From Eledone cirrhosa (lineage: Eukaryota): a DNA stretch of 64,000 nt. The stretch's first letter is position 1. The number at the start of each line of letters is the position of its first letter. Shown here piece by piece: positions 14,402-28,689 of this stretch. The notes beneath the pieces are model-generated. The model searched no databases. It had not been told where the DNA came from and worked only from the letters and a program-made list of their open reading frames with translations. Location: assembly GCA_964016885.1 (NCBI GenBank), contig OZ024747.1:85684001-85748000 (forward strand). The letters run 5' to 3'. The position numbers were made by a program, and so were the translations under genes.

Positions 14402-14875
14402 TGTTTCTACTTTAGGCACAAGGCCAGCAATTACCCAGTACATTACTGGTACTTTATTTTATCGACCCCGTAAGGATGAAAGGCAAAGTTAACCTTGGCG
14501 GGATTTGAACTCAGACTGTAAAGGGACGTAACTATGCTAGAAAGCATGGCGTCCAACCCTCTACCGATGCAGCCAATTCACAATGATGATTTCTACTTTA
14601 GGCACAAGGCCAGTAATTTGAAGGGGAGGGGAAAGTCGATTAAATCGACCCCAGTGCATTACTGGTGCTTTATTTTATAATAATAATAATAATAATAATA
14701 ATTGTTTCTACTTTCGGCACAAGGCCAGCAATTACCCAGTACATTACTGGTACTTTATTTTATCAACCTCGTAAGGATGAAAGGCAAAGTTAACCTTGGC
14801 GGGATTTGAACTTAGATCGTAAAGGGACGTAACTATGCTGGAAAGCATGTCCAACCCTCTACCAATTCTGCCATA
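14385..14875 (-). mobile_element. Cluster of Nin-domain tRNA-SINE copies with (ATT)n tails
   Basis: Reverse complement of gagttcaaatcccgccNaggttaactttgcctttcatccttacggggtcgataaaataaagtaccag; two near-full copies and one partial copy. Confidence 0.8.
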
Positions 14876-15502
14876 ATAATAATAATAATAATAATGAGCT
14901 GGAATGAAGTATCCATATGTTTATTCACATGTGACACGTGTTTTGCTATCGATCTGCTCAAAATAGTGTTGGAGGACTGGGCAAGCTTTGGCTGATGATG
15001 CACAAACATGCGCTGAGGTTACATCGCTTTCTTTTCCTTAATGGTGAACAGGTGTGACCACTATTCACTAGACACGTTCATCACCTCAGTGGAGCTGCTG
15101 TCAGGAGTCAATCAAAGACCGAGCGGGAGCGCTTGGAAACTGGAATGTCTTCAAGTACTCACAGCCCTCTACCAATCGGGTCGTATGAGAAGGAAGTGGT
15201 GCCTTTGAAGCAGTTTTTTTTAAGGTGGGTGAAAGAAGCAAGCATGGTCTGGTGAATGGGTTCACTCTGAGTGTATGCCTGTAGATTTGAAGAAGATAAC
15301 AGGGACAGGGAAATTACCCTAGAAATCAAGGCATCCATGATTTTATAGGATTTTTTTCTACGAACAGCCCTTGAACATATCCTCCCTACTGAGGAATTCC
15401 CTTTTGTTTAATTTTTATTGTTACCTTTCTTTTTCACTATTATTAAATGTTTACATCCAAAACCCATACACCAACACACACATACACACACACACACACA
15501 CA

Positions 15503-15534
<32 letters not shown>

Positions 15535-15535
15535 C

Positions 15536-15882
15536 AGCATCATTTTCAGCAGCATCATTTTATGTCCACTTTTCCCTGCTTGCAAGGGTGGGACAGGAAC
15601 TGATTCTGGCTTGATTTCTACAGCTGGATGCCCTTCCTAACACCAACCTCATTTACAGTGAGTGCTGGGTGCTTTTTTGCCGTGGCACCTCCACGACCAC
15701 TTTGCAGTGGAATGATAGGGACCCCAGTCCCTATCATCTCATTTCTACAGCTGAGGAAACTGGAGCAATGTGAAATAAAGTGTCTTGCTCAAGGAAACAA
15801 CACATCACCCGGTCTGAGAATTGAACTCACAACCTTTCGATTGCAAGGCCAATGCTCTAACCACTAAGCCATGTGCCTCCAT
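15536..15882 (-). mobile_element. Full-length tRNA-derived SINE with (ATG)n tail
   Basis: Minus strand: A box tggcttagtgg, B box gagttcaattc, ccttgagcaagacac core, aggaagggcatccagctgtagaaa block and ATG-repeat tail. Embedded in (TA)n; near-identical to 30807-31148. Confidence 0.85.
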
Positions 15883-15902
15883 ATATATATATATATATAT
15901 AC

Positions 15903-16205
<303 letters not shown>

Positions 16206-16541
16206 GAATTCACCACGAAAAAGCACCCAGCACTCACTGTAAATGAGGTTGGTGTTAGGAAGGGCATCCAGCTGTAGAAATCAAGCCAGATCAGTTCCTG
16301 TATGAGCAAGGCATGGTCAGCCGACCAGACACTGCCCACAACAGGACAACCCGTCTAACCCATGCTAGCGTGGAAGAACGGACGTAAAACGGTGATGATG
16401 ATGATGATGATGATATATATGTTTTCGTCCTGTGCTGTCATAATGTTTTTTCTTAATGTTAACACTTGTGGTGAATAAAGAAATCATTATTATTATTAAA
16501 TTGTTTAACTGATTCTGTTTTACTTTCTGCTATCATTACAG

Positions 16542-16652
16542 TGTGTGGTGCCATAATACTTGTTGGTGTTGTAATCTTAGGTAAACTGTTCATATCTCGA
16601 GACCTGAGACGGCCTCCACAACCTACACATGCCTGTTTCCAAACTTGTTCTG
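16542..16652 (+). CDS. Penultimate exon (TM segment) of a PY-motif membrane protein
   Basis: Polypyrimidine tract plus tacag acceptor; CGAIILVGVVILGKLFISRDLRRPPQPTHACFQTCS; G|GTACGA donor in phase 1, matching the next exon. Confidence 0.7.
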
Positions 16653-17316
16653 GTACGAATCCAATGATCTTTACTCTTTCATTTTGTCTGTTAATATTGG
16701 CAGATACAGCCAAGCCATCATTTGTGTACATGTTGATGCAAAATCAAATGAGCCTACAAATTTCAGCACCATTCATGTGTGTATGCATTACCAAACTGCT
16801 TGAAATCACTGCTGGTTCTATGATACAAAAGTGTCTGCTTTAAAGTGTTTATATTTATCTACACTCATAAAAAAAAAACTAAAAAAAAACGATTATAATT
16901 CTATATAAGAACCTTTGTTTAGCTGCAAATTCCAGTTTATTAATGACAAAGTTAGTTACATTATTAAATCCCTCCAAATTCTTGACAATTTTCAAAATTA
17001 TTTGAAAATAAAAGGCAGTGTCTTTCATTAGAAATATGGTAACAAAAGGGTTAAATCTTTTGTAATACTGCCTAAGCGATGTCTGTTAATATTGACTGCA
17101 ATAGACAGGCCAACATCTTTATACAGTCCTAAATCTAAGGTTTTTAAATCTTGCTTTGTGCGTGTGTAAGATGTAAAATCTAATGAACCTGTAAATATCC
17201 ACACCTTCTGTTGTGTGTGTGTATTTTTATGTGAGTGTGTATGTGTTTGTTTCTTAATGAATGTTGCAGTTCTTATTCCCAGCCAGTTTACGTATTATCC
17301 AAATTCTTCGTTTCAG

Positions 17317-17564
17317 TGGTTTACACTCACTCTCAAGACCAAATTAGCCCGGTGTTTATGGATCCTCCTCCAGCTTATGACACAATAGCTTACGAGCCAC
17401 ACCCGAACATCGGATTAATTGATCTAGGACGCTCTACTACATCAGACACTATTCTCACTACAGTGGACATTCACCGCGACGGCAGGGCTGTTATTTTGCA
17501 ACCCCCCAAGTACTCAGATGTTGCCACACCATTGCCTTCCTACGAAGCAGTCACTGCAGAGTGA
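17317..17564 (+). CDS. Terminal exon of a membrane protein with PPAY, PPKY and LPSY motifs (NEDD4-family adaptor-like)
   Basis: tttcag acceptor, phase 1; VYTHSQDQISPVFMDPPPAYD...QPPKYSDVATPLPSYEAVTAE*. Non-repetitive, coding-like composition. Confidence 0.82.
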
Positions 17565-17789
17565 CCATGATGCGCTTTTGCAACCTCTTTTGTTTCCAAA
17601 TTATTATTATTGTTATCATTTTTATTATTTTTTAAAATTAATTTTTGTCATTGCCACAATCAGTACTGACACGCACAGTTTCCAGCAAAGTTAGAGGCAA
17701 AAACCATTTTTTTTTAAATCAACATTTTTTCATTTAAATTTATATAATTTATAACTAGGTGGCTTATGAAGCATTGGAAAACATTTTAA

Positions 17790-17999
17790 TTTGAAATGAA
17801 TGCATCCCAATGCAAATAGCCATAATAATAGTTGAGAAAATCAGGTAAGGTACTTCTGTAGGGGGAAAAGTGAACAAAAGTGGCATGCCTCTGCCCACTT
17901 TTTTTCTGTCACCGGGAGTACTTCACCTGATTTTCTCTATTATTTACAGAGATCAACTATTATTATGGTCATTTGCACTGAGATGCACGCATTCCAAAT
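17790..17999. repeat. Imperfect inverted repeat (MITE-like) in the putative 3' UTR
   Basis: atttgaaatgaatgcatcccaatgcaaatagccataataatagttga pairs with 17953-17999. An inner stem gagaaaatcaggt / acctgattttctc is also present. Confidence 0.75.
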
Positions 18000-19389
18000 A
18001 TAATTTATTATTATTTATTATATTGATTTTCATTATCATATTTTGAACATTTTCATACAAGCTTCTACCTATTATTATTATTATCATTTCTTATTGTTCA
18101 TTCCGCAGGAGTGTTTCTGTTAAGACAAAGCCAAAAGAGGAACTGCTATATTATCCATCACCCAATGACATACAACTCTAAATCTAGCAGGAAATGTCTT
18201 TCAAAACAACAACAACAACACCTATATTCAACTGGGTTTCAGGGGTTGTTTTCTTTCTTTTTTTTAAGGAGGGGGGGGGGGGGCAGTTTGTCTAATGTAA
18301 CCTGCCACATGTTGTGTTGACCACATGATGTACTGACCACATGATGTATTGGCCACATGATGTTCTGACCACATAATATGCTAGCCACATCTTGTGTTGG
18401 TCACATGTATATGTTATAGATATTCAGGTCTTTATATCCTGTATCATAAACAAAATGGCTGTACATAGAGCATGTGTCTGAGTAGTTACATTTGAAATGA
18501 TCACCCCCAGAGAAAGTGTGCAGCTACTGAACTTTGTGGTGGTGACCCTGAGAACATGTGCCCGAGTACTGTTGGTTGAATCGTCCACCATGAGAATATG
18601 TGTCTGAGTACTTAGATATGAGAGGGCCACCCCTCGATGAGGTGTCAATCTACTGGAATTTGAAATGGACATCTTGAGAGAATATGTCAAATGGTTAACA
18701 TAATAATATCTAAAGTGGCCATTATGAGAATATGTGTCTGAGTATTATTGTGTGAAAAGCCACCCTTAGATAAGATGTATCTAAGTAATAACATTTAAAG
18801 TCGCCACCCCTAGAGAAGATGTCTAAGCTATGACATTTGTAGTGGCTATCCCTAGGAAATGTGTCCGAGCTAAGACTTTTGATATAGCTATCTATCCCTA
18901 GTAAATGTGTCCAAGCAATCATGTTTGATATAACTATCCTTAGTAAATAAGTCTAAGCACTGACATTTGGTATGGCCATCCCTAGAGCATGTGCCCAATC
19001 AACAACATTTGAAGTGGGTCGGCGTCCCTAGTCAATGTATCCAGGCTATGACGTTTGATATGGCCAAACTGATATGCTGGATACTTTGTATAGATGTTGA
19101 AGGATTTTGTTTTTTTTTCTCTCTCTCTCCTGTACTAACTTATGTGTCCTCTTCCTTGTCACAAATCTATATATGAAATTTCAATTGTCCATATTTTCAC
19201 TTAGAGCAGGAAACAAAACATCTTGTGCTCAAACCCCATCAAGATCAATTTTACCTTTCATCCTTCTGGGGTTTGTTAAAATATCTATCAGTCAAATATT
19301 GGGTTTCAGTGGAGATCAAATTAAACTCTGCATCACTTCACTCCGAAAATGTTTATTGGCATTGTACCTATGTTACAAACAATTATTAT

Positions 19390-19985
19390 CCCGCTGAGGT
19401 TAACTTTGCCTTTCATCCTTATGGGGTCGATAAAATAAAGCACCAGTTACGTATTGGGGTCGCTTTAATCGACCCCCCCCCCTCCCCCCCAAATTACTGG
19501 CCCTTGCCTATACTAGAAATCATTATTATCCTGCCGAGATTAACTTTGCTTTTCATCCTTATGGGGTCAATAAAGTAAAGTACCAGTAATACACTGGGAT
19601 AATTGCTGGCCTTGTGCCAAAAATAGAAACAATTATTATTATTATTATTGTACAAATGCTACCGGTGTCAACTCTGTGTTTTTATTCCCACTGAATACCA
19701 GTAATATACTGAAAGTTGATTCAATTAGTTACATCTCTCCTTAAAACTGTGGGAAAAGTTAATAATCATCATCATTATCATTATAGAAATCATTATTAGA
19801 AATAATCGGTAGAGGGTCGGACGCCATGCTTTGCAGCATAGAGTTACGGCCCTTTGTGGTCTGAGTTCAAATCCAGCCGAGGTTAACTTTGCCTTTCATC
19901 CTTACGGGGTCGATAAAATAAAGTACCAGTAATACACTGAGATAATTGCTGGCCTTGTGCCTAAAGTAGAAACAATTATTAGAAA
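19390..19985 (+). mobile_element. Nin-domain SINE copies (3)
   Basis: Repeated aactttgcctttcatccttaYggggtcgataaaataaagtaccag core. Confidence 0.75.
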
Positions 19986-20572
19986 TAAGAATCATCATCA
20001 TTATTATTATTACAACCCTAAGCAAGTTCACCTCTCTTCTCTCTTTCCTACCATTTTTATGTGTTGACTTACATACAACAGACAATCATTTCAAACTTCC
20101 ACCCTCAGTGCATGTGTGTGTGTGTGTATATGTGCATGTGTTTGTATATGTGTGTTTGTATATGTGTGTGTGTGTATGTGAGTAAGGCTCATAATATGCA
20201 GGAAGGGTCACAGACGGAAGGCCAGTGACTTTATAAATTATTTGTAATTTTATTATAATGATGTTAATGTGTCGATATGTAAATATCTAGCTGAAAAATA
20301 TCTCCCTATCTATCATCTTCCCTAAGTCAAACTTACTCCACCTTGTAGTATTGTATAAACTCATACCTTCTCCACCATTCAATTTTACATTAATTTCAAC
20401 TTTGTAGTAGTCTCTCTTGCCTTTCATTTTTTATTTCAACTTTGTAGTAGTCTCTCTTCATCATTCATGTAATTTTATTTAAATAAAAATATATTTTCAC
20501 TCACTAAATTAAATATGTTAACCTCCCACTTAACTGTATCCTTTTGGTAGTCCAGTCTCTAGTTAATAGTCC

Positions 20573-20875
20573 ACAGTTCCAAGGTTCCCAAACTTTTTGG
20601 GGGTTGCCCCCTCCCTCGTTTAGAGAATATATTTCATCAGTGCCCCTTACTAAAAAGGTGTTAAAAAATTATACATTGTAAAGTAAATTTTGATAATTAA
20701 AAACAAATTATTTAAGCACTTATTGAATGACAGTTTTAGAAGCAACTACTAATTTATATTATTTGTCCCTTTCCTCTCTCATCACTCCTTGCTTTCCAAC
20801 GAACCCTAACCCTTCTCCCCTTGCATCTCCAAGTACCCTCAGGGGGGACAGTAGCACCCACTTTGGGAATCACTG
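20573..20875. mobile_element. hAT-like MITE remnant
   Basis: ggttcccaaac ... tttgggaatcactg termini. Confidence 0.45.
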
Positions 20876-22587
20876 CTTGAGTTAACAGCCCAGCCTCTAG
20901 TTGTAGTTAGCAGTTAATAGTCCAGCTTGTTGTTATAGTGTTAGTGGTGGTTAATAGTCCGGTCTTTTGGTAATAGTCCAGTCTCTAGATGTAGTAGTAG
21001 CTGTAGTTCAGGCTCTAGATGTAGTTCACAGCCCTCTGTCTTGTTCTCCTAACCGTTTTACATTCTTGTTATTCCAGTCTCCAAATTCTTCATCTAAATG
21101 AAGCTATAAATGTAGATTTTCTTTTTAAATATCTATCTATATATGATTGATATAAAATATAACATTTTTATTTTAAGATATAGTCCTGTTATAATAAAAT
21201 ATTGTATTGTTATATTTAGATATAATATTCTCATATTAAAATATAGTATTGTTATATTATAATATAATATTCTTGTATTACATTTTAATATTGCTTTATT
21301 AAAATATAGAATTCCTATGCTATAATATTCTTATAATAAAATATACATTTTTGATAATAAATTACAGTATTGTTGCTAAAACATAGTATTGTTATGATAA
21401 ACATATATCATTGTTATAATATTATTATTTAATAATATTCTTATATTAAAATATAGTAGCGTTATAATAAAATACACAATATTCTTATAATAAAATATAT
21501 AGAATTGTTATAACTCTTAATGTCCTTTACCACATGAAACTACATTAGCAAGACATTCTTGAAAATACAAATCAGCACTATGACTTCATCATATTAAATA
21601 TTAAAGTCTTTACTTTAATGCTGCAAATATTCACAAAGATCTATAAACATTTGAATTAACAAACCACATAAAACCACTTAGCAAAACATTCTTGGAATGT
21701 ACAAAATAACACTATAATAGCATTACATTAAAATCTAAAGTTTTTATTCAAATGTTGCAAATGCTTACCAAGATATGTCCACTGGTAAATATATTAAAAA
21801 CATTTGAGTCAACAAACCTGTTTTTAGATATTTTCTGCTAAATTATTACAGGGTGATAAGAGTTAAATATAGTATTGTTATGTATAACTTCACGTAACGA
21901 TTTGGTGAAATTGTCTGCAGTCTATAATGAATTTGAAAATCAATATTGATGTCTAAGATATCAATTGGTTAACCTATCAGAAATCAATGACAAATCAAAC
22001 AAATATTCTATCTATACATATCAATACAAGATAAATACTGATTACCTTCCTCCGTCCTCTGTTCCACCTCTTACATAGTTTAAAGGTGGAAATATTTAAA
22101 ACTTTATGTTTATTTCCTTAGGAATTCTACTGTATTCCTCCCTTCTAGTCACTTAACCTTCCAATACTAAACCACCTGGAATCACCCCTGTTTCTATGAT
22201 ACAAAACTGCTTGTTTTAAAGTGTTTATGTTTATCTAAAAATCTTTTATCATAATTTTATGTAAGAAAACCTCAGTTTAATAATGAGAAAGTCATATTAT
22301 TAAATCTCCAAATTCTTAATTGTTTTCAAAATAATTTGAAAACCACAGACAGAGTCTTTCAGCAAAAATTTGACAATGAAAGTGTGAAACAAGATAGAAG
22401 TTTCTTGTTGTTTCCCAAGCAGTATAAGACAATTGTTGATAGTGTAAGAAAGGTGTGATAGAGTTTCAACTTTAGTATATTACTGCTACATATTCTTATT
22501 GACCCCAGTAGCATCAAAAACCAAGTTGATCCCTGAACTTAGAAAAACAAAATTAAATATCATAAATGGTGCATTTAGTTTGATATC

Positions 22588-23160
22588 ATACACTGTCTGA
22601 GCCAGGTTTAACAGTTTGAGACTATACACTGCCTGAGCCAGGTTTAACAGTTTGAGACTATACACTGCCTGAGCCAGGTTTAACAGTTTGAGACTATACA
22701 CTGTCTGAGCCAGGTTTAACAGTTTGGTTCTACACACTGCCTGAGCCAGGTTTAACAGTTTGGTTCTACACACTGCCTGAGCCAGGTTTAACAGTTTGAG
22801 ACTATACACTGCCTGAGCCAGGTTTAACAGTTTGAGACTATACACTGTCTGAGTCAGGTTTAACAGTTTGGTTCTACACACTGCCTGAGCCAGGTTTAAC
22901 AGTTTGAGACTATACACTGTCTGAGCCAGGTTTAACAGTTTGGTTCTACACACTGCCTGAGCCAGGTTTAACAGTTTGAGACTATACACTGTCTGAGCCA
23001 GGTTTAACAGTTTGAGACTATACACTGTCTGAGCCAGGTTTAACAGTTTGAGACTATACACTGTCTGAGTCAGGTTTAACAGTTTGGTTCTACACACTGC
23101 CTGAGCCAAGTTTAACTGTTTGGTTCTACACACTGTCTGAGTCGGGTTTAACTGTTTGAC
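22588..23160. repeat. 36-bp minisatellite, ~16 copies, two interleaved variants
   Basis: cactgYctgagYcaggtttaacagtttg(agactata/gttctaca). Explains the 232-aa ORF. Confidence 0.97.
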
Positions 23161-25240
23161 ACTGCAAAGGGAAACTAGTATCAAAGAAATGATGATGGTG
23201 GTAGTAGTGGCGGTGGTATGAAGATGATGCTGATAATAGTAGCGATAATGGTGAGGTGATGATGAATAAGTTAAGTATTTGGTAAGAAAAATTATAATTA
23301 ATATTGTTTTTCAAAAAGGAATATAATAACTCTCACAGCTAAATCTAACAAAATAAAATAGAAACAAAGCAGGGTGGTGCTGTTGAAGACTGGGTCTTTG
23401 GTTTGTGTTTACATAGAGAAGATATTATAAGTGAGTGTTAACTGTATGAGGCAAGGGACTGTGTGAAAAAGTACAGAGATTCAACAGGAATAGAAACCCG
23501 ATTTTAAACTGTTATTTTCAGATGTAGGGTGCCGGCCCAGTGGGAATAACTACACAATATTATATGTATATACATGTATGTGTAAATTAACATATATATA
23601 TGTATTGATATATACATATATGTGTATATAAACATATACACATGTGTATATAAACACACACACACATACATACATATATACACACACATATATATATATA
23701 CAGAGTCTGCCAATAAAATGTATACACACTTCAGGAAAAGATATATATATATATATATATATATTCAATTATTCAACAGTACATTTCTTGCATCAAGATA
23801 TCTCAACATGGAAATTCATCTTTTGTATGTGTGTGCATATATATATAGAGAGAGAAAGAGTTAACTTTACATATTCATACAAGTTTTACTTTTCCTGAAA
23901 TTTGTATACTTTATTTTGACAGATTCAGTATATATGTATATATATATATATAACCATATACATATTACTTGCGTGTGTGTTTTGAAGCTCTACAATTCCT
24001 AAGTGAAAACAATATTTCCAAGTAAAACATTCCATTATTTCAGTTCAAACGTTCCTAAGTTATAACATTCCTCTATCTACTATCTCTCTCTCTAAATACA
24101 TAAATATATATATACACACATACATAAATCATCATCAGTGTGCATATATATATATATAATATATATCTTATCCTTCTCCAACTAGACTTTTACTGATTAT
24201 CATATATATATATATATTTATTTTTATTTATTTATTATTTACTCATTGTTTTCATTCATTGTTGCTTCTTTGCACACACACACACACACACACTGATACA
24301 TACACATGTATATCAAAAGTCCTTTAATTTTTTTATAGTGACTGTCAAATATTGACTTACTGGTTAAGGTCACTTCTAGCATGGACTCACACCCTCTACT
24401 GCATCTAGAATAATTGTAGGAGTGAGAACTAAGCTGACAAAACTCTTTTTTTACTTTACTAATAGAAATAAAGTCATACTCTTGGCTAAAAGACCGGCCC
24501 TAGATTATTTCAGTGTTTCCTTTTTTTTTTACACTCTTGTAACTTTAGATATGTTTCCACTATTTTGAATAAATTTCCCCCTTTTTATATCTAAATAAAA
24601 TTACTTTTTTTTCTCTTCAAAGTTGTAGCATGGGCTCAATGCTGGAGGGTGAGGGTGATTAAAAAACACTTTTGGTGTTTGTACCTTAATAGGCATGGAG
24701 GGGGTGGGTAGTGTTACTGCTCATCTTTGCAACCCTACTCCCACACTTGCTACATATCTGTTTCTCATGTAACATTTCACTAGACTTACACCCTGCTTAA
24801 TCCTCTTGGCACTGCAGGTGACTGAAGGCACTGATAGAGTAATCTCCCCTTAATACATAATAGGGAGCAAATTCATAATAATTCAGCCTCCAGAAGGTTA
24901 AAGACAGTAAACTCTAGCTGCACATGACAGATAGTTTACAGCCAGTGAGAGTTAAGTCCCCTGGTTATGTAAACACATGAGCCCCTGCTATATTTATCAT
25001 TCATTTAAATATTTTTTTCTTATTTCTGTTTGTGTACTTTTTTCTCACCTCATTTTCATTGTTCATTGTTTTTTTCTTTCTTTGATTTGTGTGGCTGTAT
25101 GTGTGTGTGTGAGTGTGTTTATATATATTATAATAATAATAAATCAGTTAATATTGCCAAGACAAAATGTATCCAAGCCCATGTGTAGATATATAGATAT
25201 AAAGGTGAATACATAATGATGGTAAAAACCGATTCCCAAA

Positions 25241-25336
25241 GCCTATACAACTGTTTCGAGCCGACAAATAAATAATGCCAATTACCATTATTAGTTAATA
25301 GGCATCAAGGCACTAGGCTCATCATCAGTAGTTGGC
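25241..25336 (-). ncRNA. Type-I hammerhead ribozyme motif
   Basis: Minus strand: gccaacta-CTGATGA-t-GAGCC-(long loop)-GGCTC-GAAAC-agtt-GTA-taggc; adjacent to (TA)n. Confidence 0.65.
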
Positions 25337-25762
25337 ATCATACTAAATATATATATATATATATATATACATATGAAATTAGCATTAAGACAGATTTTAC
25401 ATAATTGTATTTATTGGATAATACATATTTTAATGATGCCATTGTGGAGCAGTTATGCTGTCATTACAACAGCAACTGGCGCAGGTGTGAACACAATTAT
25501 GTAGAGTTGATATGTTGCAGGCAAATACTTTTATGTTTGCAAAACCCCAGAGAACATATGTATGCTTTTATATATATCATTTCATCATCATCATCATTAC
25601 TGTTTAGTGTCAGTTCTTCCATGCTTGCATGGGTTAGACAGGTCGTCCATGCCAGGAGGCAAGTCCGGCCATGTCACCCCTTGCTCCGGCGAGGACTAAA
25701 TTTGGCTGGGTATTTTATAACTGGATGCCCTTACTAGCACCTCTCACATTTACAGTGTGGGA

Positions 25763-25826
<64 letters not shown>

Positions 25827-28689
25827 GCATGTGTATTATTGTTTTATTATTATTTGTGTGTTGTTTATTCTAAAATCTCCAAGATAACTTACTTTCCATG
25901 AACACCTCTCAGTTCCTCCAACACCTCATCTCTGTTGAAACTATTATAATCATGTGTATGTATGTATATATATATAAATATAAATAAAGATTATATATCT
26001 ATATATTTATGTATATGATTTTGTGTAACAAACACACTAAACATGCACTGAATGAAGGTTTTCATATACTGTTCAGAGTCAATATATTTGTTGTACGAGT
26101 GTTTCAATTAATCAGTAATTTTCAAATGTATACCTTAGCAAAATACTAATACATTTGTAACACTTGTACAAAATGTATACATACAACATTGTATTGTATT
26201 GAGTCCTTTGTTTGAGTTGTTGTCTTCTCTAAAACATGTTCACACATGCATGCATACACACACACACACACACACATATATATAATTCAAATTAAAAGAT
26301 ATATGTATATATATAGAACCATATATCCCATTAGAATACACAATATATTGCATATATACACAGAAAAATATCTACTATAGATGGAAACAATAAAATTCCT
26401 TATAGCGCTGTTTTGTGGCTTGTAGTAGATCGATTTTAAGTTATGGTACTATAAGCCATGAAATAGCACTATATGCTATTTTATTGTTTCCATCTATAGT
26501 ACATAATTTTTTGAAATATGTACTTTGTGTATATACAATATATTGTGTATTTTCATGGGATATGTGGTTCTTTTTCTCTCTCTCTATATATATATATATA
26601 CATATAACTTTTAATTTGAATTATTATAGCTCTGGACAAACGTGTATTGAGCTTTTTATTGAGAAGCACAAATATCAAGCATATTTGATGTTTTGATACC
26701 TTAAATTTGTATATATATGTGGTTACCCCTGATTGAACCTGGGATACACACATATATATATATATATATTTGAGATGTATTTTTGTTGATAAGAATATAA
26801 TTTTTAGAGTCTGTTAACCTTGTCTTTAGAGATAAAACATGTTTTAAAAAAGATATTTGTAATTTTTCAGAGAAGTATTTTGATCTCCAGCCATCAGCAT
26901 GTGTCTATGGATAAAAGTGTTATTACCATTAGTTTAGACATAAATGACCCTGGTTCAAATTCAGCCTGGTACTGTGTAAAATGGTTGAAACACAGCTAAT
27001 TTCTTCTAAAGATGGAGTGGGGAGAGAATCAACTCCAGCACTTAACTGGTACTTTATTTATCGACCTGTTGATAAATAAGTCGACCATGACAGGATTTGA
27101 GCTCAGGGCACAGTGAGTCATACACACCCTGAAATAAGACAGTTGGTGATGATCAAATATGAAAGAAATCAAAACTCTGTATAGCTGGATTAGTGGAAAA
27201 TAATGATATGATTTCATTATGTATTTAATATTTATTTGTCACATTTAAAGATAAGGTTAATAGTCTGGAAAAATTTACAAACTTATTAAAATAATCGTTA
27301 TGTAATAATTTATGTATGTATTAATTATACCACAGTTAAATGTTGCTGTTTTCTTGTTTTTTTCTTCTTTTTCATTTGTGTTGTTTTTTTCCCAATTGTC
27401 AACTTTAAAATAATTCTGCATAGCAACAACAGAAAGATTGTTGTAAACATTTATTTACAAAATGGTGAGAAAAAAAAAAATCTCACACACACTCATAAAT
27501 ATACACACAGATGTGTATGTATATATATATATATATATACCAAATAAACCAAAATTATAATTTATATTATTAGAACAGTGACATTGTTGAAGACTGAGTC
27601 TTTGGATTTACTTGTGCTTACATTCCTGGCAAGGAATTTCTGTTCATTCATTCCTTCTCTTCAAGCAGCGACTTTAAACCAAAATTTGCAATTGTCAGGC
27701 TTAAGTATCTCAAATAGAAAACCTTTTCTCTGCCAGAATGTGAGGACACTACAAGTGAATAACCTCAAACTGCAAAAACCAAATATACAAAAAATAAAAA
27801 AAATAAAGATCCAAAGAACAATAAAAAATATCTAGAGTTTTCTCAGAGCTCTTTTGTTATTTTTTGCTTTTGTTTTTCTTAACTCTTAACATCCTGCAAT
27901 GATTCAGCAGAAAATGTCTAATATCAGGTTTGTTAATTCAAATGTTTGTAGTGTCTATACTGAAGGACAGATCTTTGTGAACATTTGCAGTTTTAGTGTA
28001 AAGACTTTATTTTTTATGTAATGCAATTATAATGTTGTTTTGTATTTTTCAAGAAAGTCTTATTAAGGTGGTTTCATGCAGCACAGGGTAGGGCGTTCTC
28101 TGTTTAAATGGTTAATCCTCTCTCAGATTCCATGATGAACATTCCATTGTTCAATCAACTGTACACACTAATTGTTAAATTAACATATGGTTGATTATCC
28201 ATACATGCGTGCACCCATAACATACTATATATATATACTCGTATATGAGTTGCACTGGTAGATAAGCCACATCTCCATTTTACATTTACAATGTATCATG
28301 TTTTGAATTGAGGCATTGTAGGTCCAGTAGATAAGTCACATGCAGGTTTTTCATGGGAAATTGTGTGATTTACACGATTGTAAATAGTAAATATTAAGTA
28401 AAATTATCACAACACATTGTAATAAGACTGGTCCTCTGAATTACAACCTCAATCCATTTGATGGGCTTCTAAATAATTTCCATCTACCCAATTTCACTCA
28501 CAAGCTTGGGTCAAACTGCGGCTATGGTAAAAGACACTTGTCCAAGATGTTACACAACTTCTTTCCTGCAAATCTAACTATTCAGCTGGGTTGAAATATT
28601 TACCCATCTGACCCTATTGAGGTATTAATCTCTAAAGTTAAGTGTTGATCAGCCATGCAGTCTTTAACATAGCACATGATTAGTGACTA

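Noticed and set aside
15790-15882. tRNA gene-like A/B boxes (also 12866, 31060, 56360)
   Set aside because: They continue into SINE bodies and lack a full cloverleaf; these are SINE heads, not tRNA genes.
22486-23184. 232-aa repeat-protein ORF
   Set aside because: Translation of a 36-bp minisatellite; no splice or domain support.
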